A stretch of 64,000 bases of DNA from Guillardia theta CCMP2712 (Eukaryota; Protista; Cryptophyta). The notes under the pieces were generated by a model, which saw only the letters and a program-made list of their open reading frames with translations, searched no databases and had not been told where the DNA came from. Where the stretch lies: contig NW_005434645.1 in NCBI RefSeq assembly GCF_000315625.1, positions 581,033-645,032 of the forward strand, written 5' to 3'. Position numbers and translations under genes: made by a program. Of the stretch, positions 58,434 through 64,000 are shown one piece after another (position 1 is the stretch's first letter; each line of letters starts with the position of its first letter).

Positions 58434-58639
58434 GGTCAGTGAAGTGACGATGAGAAACTCTTTGGCCTCGAGTCTGTCCTAGCGCGTCACGCCTTGAGGT
58501 GGTGGAGATAAGATGATGGTTAGCCGAAACTGTGAAGCTTTCGCACGTAGTAGATCCTGGCATTAAATTTTGTCCTGTCATTACATTTTTCCTCGAGCGT
58601 TTGACTCCCACTCTCGGATTAGCGAGCATGCCGCTTGCT

Positions 58640-60582
58640 CTACAAGTCTACTCCGCTCGCAGGCAGCGTCAAGGTGCTCCACCTTCCTTCCGAGAGCTTG
58701 TCGAGCGTCAGGGTCAAAGTGCCCTGGTGTTGAGGGTTAGGCATCAGCAAGAGACTTTCATCAGAGCTGTTGCCTTGGAGAAGGTCCAGTTGCATTCGTC
58801 GGGCCGGATCTTGTCAAACAAGTCTCTGCCGAGGAGCTTGAGAGACAGCAGGACACAGGAGAGGAGCGAACTCACAAGCTGAGGACCTCCTCGCCCTTGA
58901 CCGTGGTCGTCACCTTCTGCGACGAGAACTTGACTTTGACATCCTTGCTCGAGGCAGCCTGGGGGACCTGAAGGGACCACCTAGTCAAGTCTGGTGGGTA
59001 GTCGTAGTTTTGACCTCCAGCAGAATCTCGACGCTTTCACTGTCCTGAGACCACTTGTATCCGCCGCAGTCATGCTCGTCGTCATCTGCACGTGACCAGC
59101 GTCACGTGGCTCCTCCTGTACCCTTGCATCTCACCGTTGACCGTCTGCTGCACCCCCTTGGCCTCGAGCGCGTCCTTCACCTCCCGCATCGCAAGCCCGT
59201 ACTCGTAGTTCTCCGTCGCCGCTCGCCTGAGCACTCCATCAGTGCCAAGTGGAGTCGTCCCGCCCGCTTCCCACCTCAGCCAAGGGGCAGCCGAGTCGAT
59301 GTCGGACAAGGGAAAGTCGACGTTGCGCATGGGAGCTGGCTGAACCTGCGTGCGACCGATGAAGACCTGTAGACGAGACGCAGTGAGCATGAACACTCGC
59401 TCAACCATCTCCTCACATCTCCGTAAAATTCCGCGTTGTCGAACCCGCAGGACTTCGCAATTCCACATGCCCTGCAAGGGAAAATCAGGTTTGAAGCAGG
59501 AGAGCAGGTAGAGCTGGAGTGCGGAGCAGGAGCAACATTTAGGGCAGCACGAGCGCTTTACCTCTCGTTCTTGGGAAGCTGTTTCAGCAGTCCCACCTGG
59601 GGTCTACCCTCAGCAACTCTTGCACACCAGCAGCTCAATCGCGCACCTCGTCCAAGTAGATGTAAACCCCACAATGGCTGTTGCTCTTGGCAGGTCGCAC
59701 AAGAGCAAAAGTCTCGACCTGAGCCCCTCCTGTCAAGTTTCCCCCACTTCTTCCTCACCGCCCGCTGCTCACCACACCCTCACTCGCTGCCTGGTCGAGC
59801 GTCTGCAACTCATGAGCAGCTGTAGTCTCCACACAGGCCAGTTACCGAGAGGCCTTCGGATCCCAGAGGCTGCGCGCTTGCTCCCAGGTGCTGCGCCGCT
59901 GCTCGCTGCGCGGCAGTGGCGTCGATCTTTCCTCCAGCAAAGACCGACTTGAGCATGGTGAGAAAGTTGTCTCGCGCTTCCGGCCCCTCGCCTGCATCGC
60001 CAGCTGAGGTCAGAAGTTTGCGAAGCTGAAGACACGTCACCTTGAATCTCTTCACATGGGAGATTCGGGTCTGCTGGTACCTTGACATACTTGAAACTGA
60101 GAGGAGGGTGAGAGGAGGAAAAATAGGCGAGAGGAAGGGAAGGTGAAGAATGCAGACGAGGGGACAAGAGACCTTATCCTCTTTCCAGGAGCGGGATCCT
60201 CGAGATTTTGTTTCTGTTGCGCAGCTGCTTTGCGACGGTCCTCGGGAGTCTCAATGACAACACCACGAGATCTGCATGAAGATGAACGCGAAGCCTGCTA
60301 TGAAAGGAAGAACTGATGATGCAGAGAATGATGCAGGAAACATCACGAAGAGGGGGAGGCAAGATGTGAAATGGCACGAGGAAAGTCGGTCGGAAGGCAT
60401 GCATGTGATGGAGTTTGAGAGCAAGGATGAGGATGGAGGGGCGAGGATGGATCAACGGACCTGAGCCACTCGATCTTCTCCTCTTGCGATCGTCCATCTG
60501 TGTCTTCATCTTTCCTTCCTTCCTCCTGCCTTCGCTTCTCCTCAAGCTTGTAAGCTTCCAGCGCTTCCTCCGTTCCCGGCAT
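58640..60582 (-). CDS. Protein with a DUF3846-like domain and a C-terminal CS (p23/NudC-like) domain
   Basis: GVYIYLDE/VGLLKQLPKNER..FYGD/VFIGR; CS domain YKWSQDSESVEILLE/VPQAASSKDVKVKF..LFDKIRPDECNWTF/GTLTLTLDK..W. Confidence 0.75.
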
Positions 60583-60789
60583 GCCCCGACTAGTCTGGTG
60601 ACCCTACCCCACCCCTCTAGTGAAGTTTTCACTCACATCGATCATCGACTTCTATATACCCCTACTTTATAGAAGCTCACAGGGTTGTTTTCATGGGTCA
60701 TAAAAGCCTTTTGTCTTTTAGTACCCCTCATCGGACTACCCCTACCCCAACAATTCATCCCATCCCCATAGAGAATACTCGAGAAGCCC

Positions 60790-61400
60790 GGCCGCCGGGC
60801 CCGCCGCCCGGGCCCCGGTACGGTCCAGTCAGCCACCGGCAAGGATCGGATTTTCAAGTTCGGTTTGGAGCACCTGTTTACTCAAAGTTTAGGGTTTTTA
60901 CCGTCTCAGTTATGCTGAGTGGGCAATAACCGTTCAAGACTGAGTGGACTGAGTGAGATGCGGGCTGGCGAGCGGGTCACCTGAGATCATCTGAGTACCG
61001 TACCGTACGTCGGACTACGAGAGAAAGAGAGACTGACTCGGAAGCGAGCCCCCGGGCACTGATTTGCTTTGAAGATGTTGGGAGCCTTGTTCGGCGCTGG
61101 CACTGAGGAGTCCGGGCTAACTCGGAGGCCCCAGAGTCACTGACCGTGTGAGTTATTTCCTGTCACAGCCCGGCTAGCTCCGTGACATGATCGGACGACG
61201 CCGGGATATTATTGTACCGTAGTATCATGATGATCATTTTCCGAGGCACTGACCGCAGGGTCACCGGGGTCGGGCCCGGCCGGCAGCGGGCGGCCCGGCG
61301 CATCCAAGTACCGGGTCCGATCACTGTGCCACCGTGGCAGTGGCAAGTTACTCAGTGCGGCGACTTCATGATCATCGGATGGGCCGGGCGAGCCAAAATT
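60790..61400. promoter_or_regulatory. GC/CpG island in a divergent promoter
   Basis: CCGG/GGCC/GTAC and TGAGT words between the CS gene (-) and the RCC1 gene (+). Confidence 0.5.
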
Positions 61401-61514
61401 TGAAACTCCCGCGAAACGCACGTCACCCCAGTTCCTGAGCCGGAGACTCGAGGAGAGGGAGAGGGAGAGGGAGAGGGAGAGGGAGAGAGGCGGGACTCGG
61501 GAAGTTCTCCTGAG

Positions 61515-64000
61515 ATGGGAGAAGCCGTGAGAGGAAGGGAGGGAGTCGTGTATGCTTGCGGCGAGTGGGAGCAGGGGCAGTTGGGTTTACCTCGCTCATC
61601 ACTGACAGGATCGCCGTCGGTGCCGACCAGCGGGGCGCTGATCTCCGACAAGGGTTCGCACCTGCCTCCTGTTGCTGTTGTGGACGAGCATGGCAACATC
61701 TCGAGGCCGATTGCCATCCCTTCGCTGCTGGCAGGCCACCATGTCGTGCAGGTAGCTGCTGGAGGAGACCATACGCTCTTCCTCACTGACGCGGGGAGGG
61801 TCCTCGCATGCGGAAGGAACGACTGCTACCAGCTGGGAGTGACCCCAGCTGGACCTGAGTACCTTGCCGGAGGGTCAAGGCTCGAAGGTTCAAAGTGCCT
61901 ACAGGATGGGTACGAAGGGAGGGAGGCTGGGCCAGAGCCGCAGCAAGTGTCGACCCTCCGCTGGAAGAGGGTGGTGGAGATGGCATGCGGTGACGCCCAC
62001 AACCTCGTGCGGTGCCTGGACGGGTCTGTGTACTCGTGGGGTCTGGGATCGAGTGGCAGGCTGGGGCTGGGAAACTTCAAGTCTGTGCCGCAGCCCTGCA
62101 AGGTCAGCGGGCTGGGAGAGGAGAGGTGCGTGTCGGTGGCTGCCGGGTACTACCACTCGTTTGCTGTGATGGAGGGCGGGAAGCTGTTTGCTTGGGGGAA
62201 CGGAACATGCGGCCAGTTGGGGACGGGGAAGTTCGAGAGCTGCTGCGAGCCAGTGCAGGTGGAGGAGCCAGGGAACGGGCAGCGATGGAGGGCGGTGAGA
62301 GGAGGGGAGTACCATTCGCTGGGGATGACCGACGTTGGCTCCCTGTGGTCCTGGGGGCTGAACAACGACGGGCAACTGGGACACGGAGACGAGGAAAGGT
62401 GTGGAAGACCAAAGGGGATCTCCGAGCTCGTCGGAACCAAGATCTCCTGCTTCTCCTGCGGGCCCAACTTCAATGTCGCCATCTCGAACGGATCGCAGGT
62501 GAGACGGAGGGAGGGAGGGAGGGAGGGAGGGAGGGAGAGAGGAAGAGAGTGAAAGAGGTGGGAGGGAGGGAGGGAGGGGAGGGGGGGAGGGGCGAGAGAG
62601 AGATAGGGAGGGAGGGAGGGAGGGCGGGAGGGAGGGAGGGTGCATTGAGATGACTGCTGGCATGATCCTTATCTCTCCTTGCAGGTCTTCTCCTGGGGTA
62701 ACAATCGCTACGGCCAGCTCGGGCATGGCGACAAGGTTGAGCAGATTGTCTTGGTGGAGGCTTGACGAACGAGCTGCCAGGAGAACCGCAAGGTGCCGAC
62801 GATGATTGTGAGTCTGGGGGGAGGAGCAAACATCGAGAAAGGTAGGAGGAAGAAACGTTGCGATCAGGCTCACATGGTCCCCTCGTCCTCTCAGTGAGCT
62901 GCGGAGGGCGGCATGTGCTCGGGCTCGACAGGAAGGGACGCATATGGGCATGGGGCTGCAACGAGAGCGGGTGCCTGGGAATAGGAGACAACATCCCGCG
63001 ACTTGCTCCTGTTCCCATCAGCAACAGCGACAGCCTGGAGCTGCAAGAGGTGATAGAGGGCGGGGGGTGCTGGAGTTGAGAGCTGGCGGCTCAGATTGTC
63101 TGCGGGGTCTCGCACTCCATCTTCTTGTCCAAGTTCTCCGCCAGTGAGGTGCAGTCAAGGAAGTTCTACCAGGTGAGCAAGGAAGAGAAGTTGCAGAAGC
63201 CAGAGGAGGAGGAGGGAAAGATGGGTTGGAAGGGGAGGTGGGAAGGGAGAAGGGAATGGGACGGGGGGGGGGGGGAAGGGGGAAGAGGAGATCCGGAAAT
63301 CACAGGACGAGTCAGGAAGGCCTGTTGCATCACGACGACGTGGTAGAGGACGGCTTCTGCCTGTACCAGTATGGGGTTTCTTCCCGCTTCTTCCCTCTCT
63401 CGCTCGCGGAGAATTTTGCCTCGAAGCACGCGGTCGCAATCTCTGCCGATTTCATCACGGTCGCCAACCCTCAGGTGATGAGAAGTGGTGGAGGAGAGGC
63501 GGCAGAAGAATGTTGAAGACTGGAGCATGATGAGGAGAGGGGCTTTGCGGCATCTGGGACAAGGAGAGGGAGGGGGAGGGGGAGGGGGAGGCGAGGCAGA
63601 GCAGCTGAGGAGCATCGGCAGCTCGACAAGCGGCTGTCCGAAGTGTTGGACCGCATGCAGGAGTTGGCGCTACAGGTCGGAAGTGTGAAGCTGAGAGGAG
63701 GAGGAGGATGATATTTGCAACGAGAGCAGGCCTCCTCTCCCCTAGAGCGAGTTCGTATCCTCGCCCTCGCCGCCTACTACGAGCTAGGAGGAGCTCAAGT
63801 TGCTCTCAATGAGGTGAGGCCAAGACCGCAACCCTCCCTTGTTGCCCTCCTGTTTCTGAACGCCTGCCTGCCCGCCTGCTGGTCGGCCTGCCTTCCTGCC
63901 TTCCTGCCTTCCTTCCTGCCTGTCCTTGTAATCACCTTCTCGTTTCATTTCATTGTTTGTCTTCTCCTCTGTCCCCTTCGTTCCTCTTTCCACGATCTTC
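61515..64000 (+). CDS. RCC1-repeat protein followed by an EDR1/CTR1-type N-terminal-like domain (runs off the window)
   Basis: About 7 RCC1 blades (VAAGGDHT, MACGDAHN, VAAGYYHS, GGEYHS, CGGRHV, CGVSHS), then LLHHDDVVEDGF..FFPLS..LDKRL..RVRILALAAYYELGG. Confidence 0.8.

Noticed and set aside
60887-60899. TTTAGGG telomere-like word
   Set aside because: A single copy, which is expected by chance.
61515-63130. UVR8 photoreceptor
   Set aside because: The blades lack the GWRHT Trp-triad motifs.

Overview
Gene-dense eukaryotic nuclear DNA. Short ~43-55 nt GT-AG introns with CTGAC/CTGAN branch points, longer introns filled with simple repeats, and bipartite signal+'F' plastid presequences suggest a cryptophyte alga (Guillardia-like); this is an inference. 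I can support about 22 protein-coding genes: a GGCT-like protein, an amino-acid transporter, DPH6, a PH-RCC1 protein, ankyrin and LRR proteins, a processive GT2, a thylakoid FKBP, a glutamate-receptor-like channel, a FAS1 protein, a plastid membrane protein, an NLR-like protein, a Sushi/three-finger surface protein, an anoctamin, a guanylyl cyclase, a CS-domain protein, an RCC1-EDR1 protein and several hypotheticals. No rRNA, tRNA, CRISPR array or intact transposon is evident. The strongest candidate for an undescribed system is at 39266-45613: an intron-poor NLR-like STAND gene with the architecture MORN - TIR-like - catalytically dead caspase - NB-ARC/winged helix - TPRs - SH3-like repeats, carrying a 1-nt frameshift. 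It sits head-to-head with a type-I membrane protein bearing three-finger (LU-like) modules. Other notable items are an ATD-less iGluR, an anoctamin with a degenerate Ca2+ site, palindrome-dense GC islands found only at gene 5' ends, and a CpG-depleted pseudogene. Exon chains and domain calls were made by eye and need HMM, structure and RNA-seq confirmation.
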